Shown here: one piece after another, positions 11,801 to 25,400 of the stretch
Numbering within the stretch: the stretch's first letter is position 1
How the letters are laid out: every line of letters begins with the position of its first letter
Origin: Magallana gigas
Lineage: Eukaryota
Length of the DNA stretch: 64,000 nucleotides
NCBI RefSeq assembly: GCF_963853765.1
Contig: NC_088855.1
Coordinates: forward strand, 54,560,001 to 54,624,000
Reading direction: 5' to 3'
Translations under genes and position numbers: made by a program
The notes under the pieces: model-generated
Databases searched by the model: none
The model's input: the letters and a program-made list of their open reading frames with translations, nothing else
What the model was told of the DNA's origin: nothing

Positions 11801-13811
11801 AGTCGTCACTCCTGTATTTTAACTTGAGTTAAAAAATTGTAACCGCCTCATATGTTCATGAAATAAATGCAATAGAGGAAACATGCAAACAATTATTTTT
11901 AAAAAAGTAGTTGGGTAACAACAACCATCTGTCTGCATTAAATAAAAATAAGAAATTGTTAATCCATGTGATTATAATACTACAAAACGTCGATGTATCT
12001 ACTTGGATAAATGGTTTATGCAGAGAAAACAGTTCCAGGGACTATGAAGTATTGTATAAAACTGCCTTGCATGCTGTCGCCTTTATGTTATAATTTCTTT
12101 TGTCTGTCATTTGATTTTATTTTGACTGTATGCCAACATGGATGTCCCAACTATTATTTCTGAAAGTATTTCATTCTTTCTATTTCGAATTCTGCGATAT
12201 TTCGAACGTTTTTTCTTGGTCTACCAATCGATTCCAAAATAACTAGGCTCGACTGTACATTTCGAAGCCATATTGCTGATTTTAATACTTTTTGGTTATA
12301 TTCTGTACAAAGTGATGTGCATGTTCAAACGTTTGTCTTTGAATGTGTGTAGGACTGCATGTATAAAACGATATTACCTGTCAGAGAATCACTAGTATCT
12401 ACACTAGTGTGCAGTGACAACTCATTCTTCGATCTGCCGGGCGCCATATTTCAATCACCAACTGACGGCTGATATTTTGTACGAGGGCGTCAGGAAGTTT
12501 ACGACCAATCAACATGTCATACAAAAACTCGCCGCCACAAAAAATGTATTTACACACAAAACAGAAGTAAACAGAATTCATTCTATACAGAGATGTGTAG
12601 AGCATAACAAAAGGAGCACGATATACAAAGATGAACCAGGCCACACAGTCTTCTACCAAACCGTCTTCCAATTCCGACACATTAAATGTAATAAAAAAAA
12701 ATAAAGGAAAGTTCTTTAAAACTATCTTGGATTTAAATACGACGGATCACAATTATTTCTATGATAAAAACTTTGATGGAAACTGGGTTAAAGTTGCTTA
12801 TGAAAAGTGGAATTCTGACGTTAAAATTTAACGGTGTTTGTTAAACCTAGTATTTATTAAAAATTAATCGGAAAATTTAAAGTAGCCATCGTACGCTCGG
12901 AAAACATATCATCCTGCAATAGGCAAATCAATTGTCATTAAATTTAACACGGTATTTTTATTATGGTTCATTTCTCCGTGAATTTAAAATTGAACTCCAA
13001 ACCTCATAAAAATACCATACATTAAAAAAACAAAACAGAAGAACCCCCCCCCCCCCCTAAACACACAACAAAAATCCAAAACATCAAGAGAGACGATTTG
13101 ATTCCAAAGTAATGATTTTGGGTACTTACTAGGGTGATTATAAATCGAATCCGTATATGATAATGCTATAATTAAAAGTCAGTTTTAAATCACTTTCGCG
13201 ATTAAAAGTGGATGCAAAGCGAATCTGGCCTGTCGTCTTCATAATATTTATGAGTATGAATGGTTTTATATCAAATTAACTATGTTAGCTATAGAAAGAC
13301 CTTCATAGTTCACCTGTATCTGATGTACTTATTCGTTATTAGGTTAACTACATGTAATAATACATAATGGGTTTTTACAGTATTATTTTGGTTTTATTGA
13401 TTTTACTATTATGCGAAACATTGCCTTTGATTGTCTATTAGAATTAAAATGAGACACCTGTTCTCAAAGTTCTCAAACAGAGATCAGTTACTTCGGTTTC
13501 AGAACCCAATTCATTCATACAATCAAAGTACAATGTACCGAAGTAATGGCGGGAGTTGATTTTATCGATGTTATATATTTTAAAATCAACGATATGTTAA
13601 TTTGCACGACAAGTAGTGTTTATTCTGTATTTGAATTACGCACATATTTATTTTATGAATTCTCGGATTTTCCCGACAAGAATTTTGAGAAAACCCTATA
13701 TGAACCATATGTTGTGTAATATTTAAAGATAGAATTTAATCAAACAAACTATGTATCAAAAACCAAAAATTTTCTAAAAAAAATTGTTAGGATCCAAGCA
13801 ATATTGAACTC

Positions 13812-13920
13812 CAGGCTCGTTTAACCATACGCTCGGCTGTCTCTGTAAATCTCCGACAAGCAAGCGAGAATTTGTCGAAGATTTACGGAGACAGCCGAAC
13901 GTCTGGTTGAACGTGACTAC
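13812..13920. mobile_element. ~110-bp palindromic element flanked by a 9-bp direct repeat
   Basis: Arms ctcggctgtctctgtaaatctccgacaa / tttgtcgaagatttacggagacagccgaac; attgaactc on both sides (13803-13811 and 13921-13929). Confidence 0.6.
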
Positions 13921-14108
13921 ATTGAACTCTGGCGTAGGAATACATTCGACTACAAAATAAGAAACTGTTCGAGTTATTTAAAATTATTCAAAAACGTACT
14001 AATCCGCTTGACGTTACGTTTGAATTTTGACCAGATTAATATCATTTTTAAAAGTAAGAAGGACCAAATTTGTACAGCAAATTACAGAAAATCAAATTAC
14101 TAGTATAA

Positions 14109-14214
14109 GGTCTACCCAAGTTATACTCGTATAACCTAGGTTGGAGCAATTTACGCTTATTTATAAAGCGTAAATTGCCCCAACCCAGGTTATACGAGTA
14201 TAACTTGGGTAGAC
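14109..14214. repeat. ~105-bp near-perfect palindrome
   Basis: gtctacccaagttatactcgtataacctaggttggagcaatttacgctt ... aagcgtaaattgccccaacccaggttatacgagtataacttgggtagac. Confidence 0.85.
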
Positions 14215-14894
14215 ATTGAGTTCATTTCTTAAATAAGTTTCCTTGAAAAAAAACACAACAATGCTTCAGCATACATTACATCGAATTTATCGGTTATTTT
14301 CAATAACTAAGTGTTGTCAGCGGTGATGATTTGTGCATAGGTCCAAACACTGTTTCAGTTCCGGTTTGCCTGAGTAACTGCACAGGAGAGTTTATTAAAA
14401 TCAACAAAAAACCTTGTAAGCCGCTAAACAACAGCTAGAAAGATTAACAGCAATAGTACATGATCTCTGGGTTTGATCAAAGCAAACAAACCTTTATTGA
14501 GCGGGACGGACAGATGAAATCAGTGACGTAAAATAAAGGTGTAAAGTATTTCCAATAATCAATTGCTTCCAGGGGACCAACAGTCGCTATCCTGTAGAGC
14601 GTGAGGCCGCATTATTGATGGCGCTAACGCTACAAGAGCTTCATCAAAGACCGGCCTGCTTTTCTCCTTTGTCGAAAGCAAGCATCAGTTAGTCCCTATG
14701 GTGAATTAAGTATTATAAATTGGTCGAACCTCTGCAATGCTGCAGATTACTCTATATGTTAAGGAAAATGCTTGTCAAAACGCGCGGTTGTTTCACTTAT
14801 TGTGGCTGAAAACAATAATCTCTGTAAAAAGTTTTTAGTCTTGAACTCGTACGGTCGTAGGAAGTATATATATTGTTGATGCCCGGTTAACAAA

Positions 14895-17800
14895 ATGCCC
14901 GTGGTGAGGATAAGTGATGATGCTGGGGACACTATGACGTTACTGGACATCAATGAGCGGTTCTTCCCCGTGCTGAGGACCCCCGGATACGACCAGGAGA
15001 CAGAGATTCGGGGAATGGAGTCCTGGGAGGCCAGGTGTAACGATGTCCTCGTGTGTGCCTACCCCAAATCAGGTACGACCAACTTTAAAACGTAAGATAA
15101 ATCATTAAAATCGAAGGAGACGATAAGCTGGCTATTCTTTATTCCGCTTAGTTATGGCTCAACTCTATGGGATATGTATACTTTACTATTAATTACTTCG
15201 TAATTATAGTATAGAAAGTATGGAAATTCTTAACATAACTTGTCGTACATACTTAGTAAGAACCAAAAAGGTATCTCGTCTAGGTAATCGTTTGAGTTTG
15301 CATAATCAATACGTCAATAGAAATTCAGTTCCATTATCGTAAAGACAAATGGTATTATTCCAGCTTTGTGAGTGCTGTCACTATGAGAGTATTTTTACCT
15401 AGATGAAAAATGCGTCTGTCCGGTATCACACATAAAAATTATGGCGAAATACGGAAACAGAGACAACCATAAAAACGCGTAATTCCTTCGAGTTGAGTAA
15501 CCACATTTATTATGACCTGACTTTTTGGCCGCCTAGGTTCTCTGCACAATGGTGCTATTATATAAGAAAATATAACGGAGATATGCAGATTGTATACGGT
15601 ATATCATCAAGTGCTTAAGAAAAATACTGTACCTGGAAATTTTAATTAAGGGGTTTAATATAACACTCAAAATAAACATCTTATTATACTGTCTAAATTA
15701 GAGTCTAAATTTTCATTAATAGGAACCCACTGGGTTTGGGAAATCGTCAACATGTTAATAAACCAGAAAGCTACTCGAATACCATCAATGAAAGAATCGG
15801 CCATGTTAGAGGGCAGTTCCAGAAATATCATGCAGAGTATGTCGTCACCCCGAATACTGAACACGCACCTGCTGTTTTGTGATATACCCAGAGATTTTGT
15901 AGAGAAAAAATGCAAGATTATATACATTCTTCGCAATCCCAAAGATGTCGCTGTTTCCTTTTACAATCACCACGTACGACTTCTTGACTACGAGTATTCC
16001 GGAACTTGGCGGTCTTACCTGCCTCGCTTCCTGTCGGGGAGAGGTGAGTGAATGTGTGAGGATCACACCTGATTGTGGTCTCAGGTAGTGGTTGACCGCC
16101 TCTTTCCTTACATCACGGGGAACTTGTTTTGCTTCCGTAATACTAAGAGTAACTCGGATTTATGACATATTGCAAGGGAAATTGAAAAACAAATATCCAG
16201 TTCTCAACACATCATTAATTTGGGACAGTCTTGCATCGTTCGTTTTGGTCTTTATAAATATATCTTGATCAATATTTAAAACAGCATGATGTTAACTTGA
16301 GGTGAAACCATATAACGTCAAAAGGAAGTATGAATTCCTGGAATATCAGTGTTTTCCTCCATTTGATTAGCTCCTTTGTCTTGATGGCTGGTTGCAATAT
16401 CTTTTCATGAATGTCAACATGTTTGTGCTAATATACAAACTATTTATCGTGGTTTTTCACCATTGTTTTCTCTTGCTCCCTTGCAGAGTGAATGGTTTAA
16501 TTAAGCCCATGAAGCTTGTTATGTTCATGCCGCACTGTCTAGGGCGAATTCTAAAGGTGGTCGATATTATTAGGGCCCTCTGAGACGCCCTATAGTAATC
16601 AGTCTGTCCGTCTGTCTGTCCGTCTGAGATTGCTTGACCGGAGCATATATTTTCTCTCCTTAACCCGCAAGGGTGTCAATTGACCTTAAACCATGTCTTT
16701 AGTTCTAAGGTTAGGGTTATAGCAGAGTAAAAATAGGGGTAAAAATCCTTGTCCGGGGCATATCTTCTCTCCCCTTTGTCCAATCTGGCTCATACCGGTA
16801 CTTCACTCACAGAGTGTCAATAGTCAAAAGGTATGCAGTGACCTTGAATGAAGTTTGTAGGCCAAGGGTCAGGGTATATCGGACCACGCAAAATTCCTTT
16901 TTTAGAGCTTAATAACTTTCAACTTAGCACTATTTGGCTCATACTTCACATAATAAGAGCTTTTGAGTAAAGGGTGTGTAGTGACCTTGAATCAATTTTA
17001 AGGTAAAAAAGGAGGTAAGAGCAAAATTATATGAAAAGTCCTTGTCTGGAGCATATCTTCTCTCCCTTTGCTCCTATCTAGCTCATACTTCACCCACATG
17101 GTGTCTTTGATTTGATCAGAGTACGCAGTGACCTTGAATGATGTTTGTAGGTCAAGTGACAAGGTCATATCGTATCACACAAAAGTCTTTTTTTCAAAAG
17201 AGCATATATACACTCTCCACTTAGCCCTATTTTGCTAATATTTTACATAAACAGAGTTTTTGGTTAATGCCGTGCAGTTACCTTGAATCAAGTCAATGTG
17301 AAGGTCATAGCGGATTTCTTTACAATCAGTTTTAGACCGAAGATTATTTCCCATTTCCTTAATCTTCCTCCAATTGAAAAAAATGTCTGTATGTGAGGGG
17401 TAATGATATTGAATTAGAGGTTTTATGCCAGCTGGAAAGTTTCTAAGTTGTCGGTCAAGGTCAGAGCAAAGTTCTTTTCATCCTTTTGTCCATTACTTAA
17501 GCAGGGCCCTTTGACATGGTCACCATCTCAATGTTGTCTAGTTTCCGATGGCATTGGCGAATGCAAGACCAAGGAATATCTTTTACGTGTACACTTCATA
17601 AATCCTACTGTTATTTTTTGCAATTTTTTTAAATAGTTAAAACTGATAATATATTGAGATATTTCGTTTATTTTACATGATAAGGGGGTTATCTTCGTTA
17701 GCTTGTAGTTTGGTTTGAACACAAACTTATATTGGCTTTGCTTCAATTGACCTATGATTTTGTTTTGGAGTGATCTGTAGTGCTGCTACTATCTGACTTT

Positions 17801-20800
17801 TCATTTTGGGTTCGACCTTGAATTAACCTATAATACTCCACGACCATTGCCCTTGGTTTATCTACCATTTTACTTTCCATCCATATTGTTAATGATCACA
17901 ATGAAACATCGTTTTTGTTTCCCGTACAGGCAATGTGTTTTAGGGGACGATCTTCATGTGAGTTCAAATTGCAAGCTCAGTATGGATCTGCCTGTTTTTC
18001 TTTACAGTAATTATTATAATAAATATTCATGAATATTGCTTCAACTTTTATTTCATTTCTACTACATGTATATTTAATGTATTATTTGATAATTTACTAG
18101 ATCTAATATACTTAACGGTATCTGTTGAAAATAGCTCTTGATTTGACCAAGTCTTTTACTTAAACAGCTCTACATGTATTTCCCATATGTTTCAGTGTCC
18201 AATGGATCAGGGTTTGACTACGTTTTGACTACTCTACTATTCATGTTTCAGTTACAGTCGACTGTTGATCCTGTTTGGCCATGTATTACAGTTGACTGTA
18301 TATCCTGACTGGCTATGTTTTACGTTTAAATTTGACTGTTGATCCTGATTGGCTATGTTTTACAGTTGACTGTATATCCTGATTGGTTATGTTTTACAGT
18401 TGACTGTAGATCCTGATTGGATGTTTTAAAGTTTACTATCGATCCTGATTGGCTATATTTTTACAGTTGACTATGGCTCCTGGTTTGACAACGTACTCCA
18501 TTGGCACGAAGCCACAAAGTCTCTTCCCAATGGCTCGATCCACGTCATGACATACGAGAACTTACACACGGTACAGAATTATGTTCTTGATGGGTTGCAG
18601 CAATAAATAATTTAATTGTTTTAGTGGAATTCACCTCAAATATTGATTAACATTTCATTTATATTATAACACCAACATCATCTCGTATTCCGAGTTTAAC
18701 TATTCGAAGTATATATATTTTATTGTATCCCTTTAATATAAAAAGAAGGAATATTCTCTATTTTTTCGAAATTTAGTTATACACATGTTTATATAGATTA
18801 TTTAATTGCGCGAAAATACTATATTTGGTTGTAACCTGAACAAGAAAAGACCGATCGCGCTATATTGGGTGGTGGGGGTAAAAGAAAAACAGATTCAACT
18901 TTGAATTAAGATTTTAATAATTACTAAGGTCGGCATCCGTTTGCCTCCCTCTTTGGAGGTAGATACATTTTGTGACTTTCCTCTTTAGTTCTCTACAAAA
19001 ATCACTACAATCTAGCATTAATCATTACGTTGTTATATACCCTACATATTACATAAAACTTCTGTGAATCATGTTTTCCTTTGCAGTCCACTGAGGAAGA
19101 AATCAAACGCTTGGCAGAGTTTCTTGGGGTCGGTTGTAACAACAAACTTTCGCGTGAAATTTGTGAGATGTGTTCGTTTTCGGTCATGAAGCAAGACAAA
19201 GATCCGCTAGAGGACGCCTCGGAGTGGAAACATGGAGAACCAGGGATGTATAGGAAAGGTAAGGAGGCGTCCGTAGGTAAATTAACAGGAGGGGAAGAGG
19301 TGTAATAAATGTTATTGTTATACTTTCATGTTAAATACTGAAATCTGATTGGTTTAGACGCAGTTCATAATCTGTTCTATTACCCTCAGCGTTAGCAACG
19401 CACTTAGCAACGGGTAACATTATTCGCGTCGGTTAACAATGGTTTTCTCGGGGTGTCAATTTCAACTGTTACCCTCCCAAACAGGCACTATTTATTTTAT
19501 TATATTGAATGTCTTATTTAATAATATTCTCGTTGAGTTCTTGCTTGGATAGACCCTCGAATTCCTCGCTTCCTCTTTTTTCAATCAGAAAGGTGCGGAA
19601 TAGATTGACAGACTTCTTAATACAGTAAAACTCGTTTAGTACGAACTCGGATATAGCGAATTCTCGGATATAGCGAAGTCTTTTTGAGTCCCCGGTAAAA
19701 TTCTTCACAAATCTTTGCAAATGTTTACGGATATAACGAATTCGGATATAACGAATTTACGGATATAGCGAACTGATTTTGAGTCCTGTAGAGGTGAATT
19801 ATAACGAAATTTGAAACTTTTATAACGAATTTCTTTACAGTTTAAAAATGTTTGCACTACCCTTTAACATAATAGTTTGAAAGATCTATTTTCATAAAAA
19901 AATTTCGTCTGACAATCCAATTATAAAAGGTATCAAAGTAATGTATTTTTATTCTAAGCCTCAAATAGCAAAAATTATAGTCTGGTATATACATGTATAT
20001 AGTGAATTTGCTATAGTTATTATTAAGAATTCGTTATACGGATATAACGAATTACGGATATAACGAAGTAAATCCATCGGTCCCCATGACTTCGCTATAA
20101 CCGAGTTTTACTGTAGTACGTTAAGTACTAACAGAGTCTTTCTCATCCAACAATTTATCTATTTGGGACTCTTCCACATTTGCGAACATGTTTTTCCGTC
20201 GTTTGTTTTTCTTAAATCAATCATACTCGGGCGCACGCTTTAATAAACTCTTTATTTGTTCGCATTACTTCAAACGCATAACTGACTCCTTTAGGAATGA
20301 CGTGAATTCTCCGGCGAACCGTACGCGCATAATTTACACGCATGTAACATTTTTTTGTTACCCGTTGCCAAGTGCGTTGCTAACGCTGAGGGTGATAGAA
20401 GGGTTTATCAACTGCGTCTAAGCCAATCAGATTTCAGTATTTAACATGAAAGTATAATAATAAAAATTGTTACATGCGCGAAAATTATGCGCGTACAGTT
20501 TGCTGTAGAATTCACGTTATTCCTATGTAAAAGCAGTTAAGTTTTCTTTAAAATTAAGACATTCAGTATAACAAAATAAATAGTGCATGCTTGGTAGGAT
20601 AACAGTTGAAATTGACACCCCATTGTCGCTTCGCGTCGGTTGACAATGGTTTTCTCGGGGTATCAATTTCAACTGTTACCCTCCCAAACAGGCACTATTT
20701 ATATACAGGTAATGCATGGTATAGCGATAGGAGATAAAGTGATCGATAAATAGGAAAGGTAAGAAGTACGTAATTTTTTTTATAGTTAACCGGGACAGGG

Positions 20801-21476
20801 CGAATATAAAAAGTGAAGGAACCTTCTTCAGGGTGTATAAAAAGGTGAGAAAAGGTGTATAAGTTTGTAACAATAGGTACATGTAGATCGATGTATAGGT
20901 AGGGCCTTTCCAAATGAGTACATGTAAGAAAAATCGCCAGGAATTTGGGTTTTTTCGTCAACGATTCTTATATATTTAATGAAAGAATCGTTGACGAATA
21001 GTGACTAGTAATTTTGGAGGCATCAGGTACTAGTTGTCTGGTAAAACAGATCTTCTATGTCACGGTGTACGCTAATAACCTATTAAAAACCTCTTGATGG
21101 TATGTTGGTACTCTTATCCTGGCACTGTAGGTTTTTTGTGTTGTTTTCTATTTCTTCTCTTGATATCTACCTTTGCCATGGCCATGCTGTTTTTTTATTG
21201 GATGCAGACAGAAATAGCTCCATGATAAATCAAAACCGCTACATTTGACCTTGGCTTGACCTTGTCACGTCTCGATCAGTCTGACCCGTTCCGTTGTCAA
21301 CCTGTTATCGATTTGCTGCCACAAATTATCAGATTGAACTTTTTTATGTTGTAGGACAGGTGGGGGATTGGAGAAACTGGTTCACGGTGGCACAGAACGA
21401 GATGTTCACAGCCGTGTATGAACAGAAAATGGCGGACTCGGACATTACACTGGAGTACGGACACGACAAAGTCTAG
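14895..21476 (+). CDS. Cytosolic sulfotransferase (SULT1-like), 298 aa, 5 exons
   Basis: Exons 14895-15072, 15723-16043, 18467-18570, 19087-19258, 21355-21476 (897 nt, phases consistent). PAPS-binding motifs YPKSGTHW, RNPKDVAVS and RKGQVGDWRNWFT, plus the catalytic His in PRILNTHL. Confidence 0.93.
16566..17544 (+). mobile_element. Helentron-associated non-autonomous element (HINE/pearl-like) in SULT intron 2
   Basis: Starts with ttattagggccctc..gccctatag, then a (tgtc)n microsatellite and a tandem core (gcatatcttctctccc...cagtgaccttgaa, ~290-bp higher-order period, 16759 vs 17050). It ends with cagggccc...gtctagttt. This architecture is typical of bivalve HINEs. Confidence 0.7.
18251..18472 (+). 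repeat. ~34-bp minisatellite spanning the SULT exon 3 acceptor
   Basis: Unit gatcctgattggctatgttttacag|ttgactgt, ~7 copies; AG ends at 18257, 18291, 18365, 18399, 18431 and 18466 (the functional one). Confidence 0.9.
19312..20463 (-). mobile_element. Crypton-like (tyrosine recombinase-derived) non-autonomous element with ~110-bp inverted ends
   Basis: The ends ttatactttcatgttaaatactgaaatctgattgg...ccctcagcgttagcaacgcactt are present in inverted orientation. Removing the nested MITE restores MFANVEESQIDKLLDEKDSVST*RTIKKSVNLFRTFLIEKRGSEEFEGLSKQELNENI (ATG at 20189), which resembles the N-terminal region of Crypton/ZMYM-type recombinases. Confidence 0.6.
19623..20113. mobile_element. Tc1/mariner(pogo)-type MITE nested in the Crypton-like element
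   Basis: TIR cagtaaaactcg / cgagttttactg, TA on both sides (19621-22 and 20114-15), many internal ggatata(a/g)cgaa repeats. Confidence 0.85.
20555..21000. mobile_element. Dispersed repeat with a ~140-bp hairpin head and a terminal hairpin
   Basis: Hairpin aatagtgc..ataacagttgaaattgacacccc..gcttcgcgtcgg..tcaatttcaactgttac..gcactatt (20578-20700); a half copy is at 19425-19520; second hairpin ttcgtcaacgattct/agaatcgttgacgaa at ~20955-21000. Confidence 0.55.
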
Positions 21477-22433
21477 AGCTTATCTTGGCCATTTCTAGAC
21501 AAAAACGACCTCAATAATAATAAGCGGTTAAATAAGAAATCACTTTCAAACAGAGAAACAACCGTCAAAAATTATGCAGATTTTTTTTTTACTTGAGACG
21601 TCAGGATTTTTTTTTTTAAATTCAAGGGAAAAATTCTCAGCTAAAATTGACGAAATAATTTGCACCGATGAAAAGTAATCAAAACATGAATAACAATACG
21701 ATATAACGCAGTTGAATGAATTGTACATTTACATTTATTTAAATTCTTGTAAAATTTTGCCAACCGTCAGAGGTCAGGGGATAGATTCTTCACACAAATA
21801 TTAGTTTTTAACATCTTTACTCAAAGAATTTACTAAAGACAGATAGATATCATCCCACTGAAAAAATACAGATTTGCAAGATTTTACAAGACAAAAAAAA
21901 AACGATGAGCACCTTGATCACACCGTGGAGTAATTCTGCCAAAGTAGAGCACGTCAATGTTGATGTATTTTGTCTTACAAATATGTTTTATGCATTAAAA
22001 AGTGGATAAGATGCAACATCATGATAACACCTCTAAACCAGACACCAAAAATGTTGTTCTCACTATCATTAATTTGCAAATTAAATGGAATTGATCAAAT
22101 TTCCATTTCCATGTTCGTTTGTTTTTTCTGATAAAGAGAGGGGTGAAGTGATCAGTGTATTAATTGTGTACATCTTAAACAATCAAATTAGAAAGTCTGA
22201 ATTTCAGTCATTCACTGATTAAAAGGCTGAAGTATTTTTATTCATTAAATTTGTTCCCAAAGTCACAATCCAAGGGTGTTTAGATGAATCTACTCCCAAT
22301 ACATAAGTATAGTTGACCAATTACCTGGCTTGTTAGTATGTATCTCTAAAAGACTGGATTAACTACTTGTGTGTGACATTTTTTATTATCAACAAACACC
22401 AACCATCCCATTCCCCATATCACAAATAGATTG

Positions 22434-25400
22434 TTATTGCTTTTTCTTCTTTTTCTTACTCTCAGACTTCTTCTGCGTCTCTATGGCCTCCCGTTTTTCT
22501 TTTAGTTTCCTTGTCTGTAAAATTAAGAAAATAATGATATAGATCTGCAATACAACAAACACAACAAAAACTCATTAGAACAAGCTTGTCTGCTCTCACC
22601 TCCTGGTTTTTCTTCTTCTTGGCGAACATGATCTTATCATACAGGCGCTTCTTTTTCTTTGGAATCATCATTTCTGCCAGTCTTCTTTCCTCCATCGTCT
22701 GTCGCTGGAGTTTTTGTTCCACATTGAAATTCTCAGGAGCACCAGCCTCTACTGACATGTTCAACTTCTATAAAAACAATGACAGCTTGTAAAGTATCTA
22801 TCTCTTGAAGAGTTTATGCTTAACACAATATCTGTGATTTAAGTTCCAACTTATCAAAGACCAAACCTTAGCTTGATCTGCAGTTGCTGCCTCAGTCTCA
22901 TGTTTTCTTTTTCTTTTTCCTCGACCTTTCTCTAGAAAAAATAAAACAAAGTTGTTTAGTTCAGCTGCTGTTGCTTCTTTTTTTTTTTTTTAAATTGTAA
23001 CTTTTCAATATGAATTCTCTCCTCAAAGAAACAGATTTTTTTTTAATTAAGGAGAAAAAGCTCTTAATTTATATTACAAAATTCTGCATTTGAATATTTA
23101 CATGTACAGGTATTTATGATTGCATTATACTATTAACAAATGTAACATCATATTCTATAACTAAGGTAAATTTAATTAGGCAGCAAATATTTTCAGAATA
23201 GTACAATCTTTTTATCTTGACCATTAGGATGTTAACATTACAAGTGAGTGATGTGCGAACCTGGTTCTTCTTCCTCTTCCTCACTTTCTTCTTCTTCCTC
23301 CTCTTCTTCATCCTCTTCTTCATCTTCACTTCCTTCCTCATCTTCCTCTACTCCTACATTACAATTTAGGAAAATTCATTTAATGAATCATGAAAAATAA
23401 CCATTGGTTCACAGTAGGTTTGGTGTGGACTACAAACATGTTTTACCTATCTGTATGTGGTTGAATCATCTTTCCACAAATCTCTTTATTTGTAGCAAAC
23501 ATAAACATTTACCGGTAAGTGTATGGCAAAAATACAACGTGCACTGAAAAACTGCTGTCATAAACCATATACACGCACCAATACATGAGCCCTTTGGTAG
23601 ATTTACTGTTTTACTGTTATATGGACATACAAACTATACAGGTAGAAACTCATGGACAATATTGCACATTTTTAGTAATTCATTAATTATGTGCAAACAT
23701 AATGACCTGTTTTCGTGTATTCTCAAACTAATAATCATGAAGTAAAGAAAAACAAATTTGACATATGAATCAAAGACCAGGCTCCAAAAACATGCAGTTG
23801 TTTATAAATGAATGAACAATCATTTACACAATCATTGAGATTTCCTTCACAAAAGTGAATGAATAAATGGAAATATGACATTAATTCTGACTGCGAAACC
23901 TGTGACCAGGAAATACGGCATGAATTATGATTGAGAAGACTGTGACCTACCCGAGTCCTCCTGCAGTCCTAGTTGTCTGTTGATCAATGCCTGTCTCTCC
24001 GGAGGCACATAATCTCCTTCCGCCTCCTCCACAAATGGAGACAGATGAGGGGGGAGGGTGGCTCCCGGGAAGTAGCTCTCCATGGGAAGGAGGGAAGTAT
24101 TGTTCACACAGTCAAACACCCACTGTGGCTGCACATAGTACCTACAGACCCAGACAACAATATCAACTAATATATTATAGAACATGGTGTTCACAAATGT
24201 ATATCTACAGTATTTCATACTGTGTGGATCAAAGATACAACTCAAAATCCAAAATCACATCATGATATTCATATTTAGTGACTCTATATATACATATTCT
24301 GAAATCTTCTATAGTTATTATCTCCTAGTTTCACTGTACATTCCTGGAGATATGCTGGTTTCTGAATTCAACTACATGTAGTTATAATCTTCTGCTGACT
24401 TTGATATAAAGTATCTACCTGGAGAGATACTGATTCTTGGTCTGGGGCCTGTCCACTATCTGGTGCGTTATTGATTCGTCTGACTCGGGATAAGTGGCAC
24501 CAACAGCCACGGATTTGTGCCATGAAACTTCTCCCCCAAAACTCCTGCAAATGATCCATACATATGTAGACAAATATTAACTGTATTCCTCAATTATTGT
24601 CTGCATCTTTATTACTTTCAGAGAAATGAGACCCTTCTGCTAACAACAATAGATGCATATTCATTCAAAAGTTTGGTTTTTCTATACAGCGTAAGTTTGG
24701 AGTTTCGATTATTTTCCCCACTCCTTACCTGATGATGAATACCAATGTTTCCCTTGGTACCTCTCTGTTCAGGAAAAATTTCAGGCCTTTGAACAAGTTT
24801 TGTAACTTTTTGATTTTCTCTGCTTCTACCTTGGCCTTCTCTACTCTGTCTGGGTCATCCGTCTGCAAAGAAAAAGCAGTTATAATATGATATGTTTGAT
24901 TTAAAAATTATCAAGAAACTGCTCTACTCAATATTTAATGGAACCATTTTGTGATGTCAATGTTTTTTGAGACTTCCAAAGTAAAAATATTACTACTTTG
25001 TACAGTAATCTCATAATTAACCATCCTGTGAAGGAAAAGAACTTGTGAAAATAATCACTGATTGATACTTCTTTTCTCCATAACTTACCTCCACAGCTGG
25101 AAACTCATCTAACTGCACCTCCTCCTCTCCCCCGCCCTCGTCAAGAGACCTGAGGGTCTGGGACAGGGCCGACAGTCTCTGAAACAAGTAGATTTATACA
25201 TTGTCAATTTGTTTACCACCATGTTGTTATTCTCTGAAACAAGTAGATTTATACATTGTCAATTTGTTTACCACCATGTTGTTATTCAGCTGATATTATA
25301 AGTTACATGGTTTGTAGTTAACCTAATATGGTTTATACATGGTCAGTAAATTCCATGCTTGAGTCCCCATATAGAATTTACTGACCATGTATAAACCATA

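Noticed and set aside
12399-12831. Cluster of 66-96 aa ORFs
   Set aside because: No recognisable motif, no supported splice chain; compatible with chance or decayed TE sequence.
20750-20764. taggaaaggtaag matching the SULT exon 4 donor context
   Set aside because: A 13-nt purine-rich match inside a dispersed repeat, 1.5 kb away and not tandem; probably chance, so not counted as a junction duplication.
23354-23950. Possible intronic H/ACA or C/D snoRNA in PES1
   Set aside because: A hairpin and a terminal ACA can be drawn, but I found no H box or C/D box pair; needs snoReport/Infernal.
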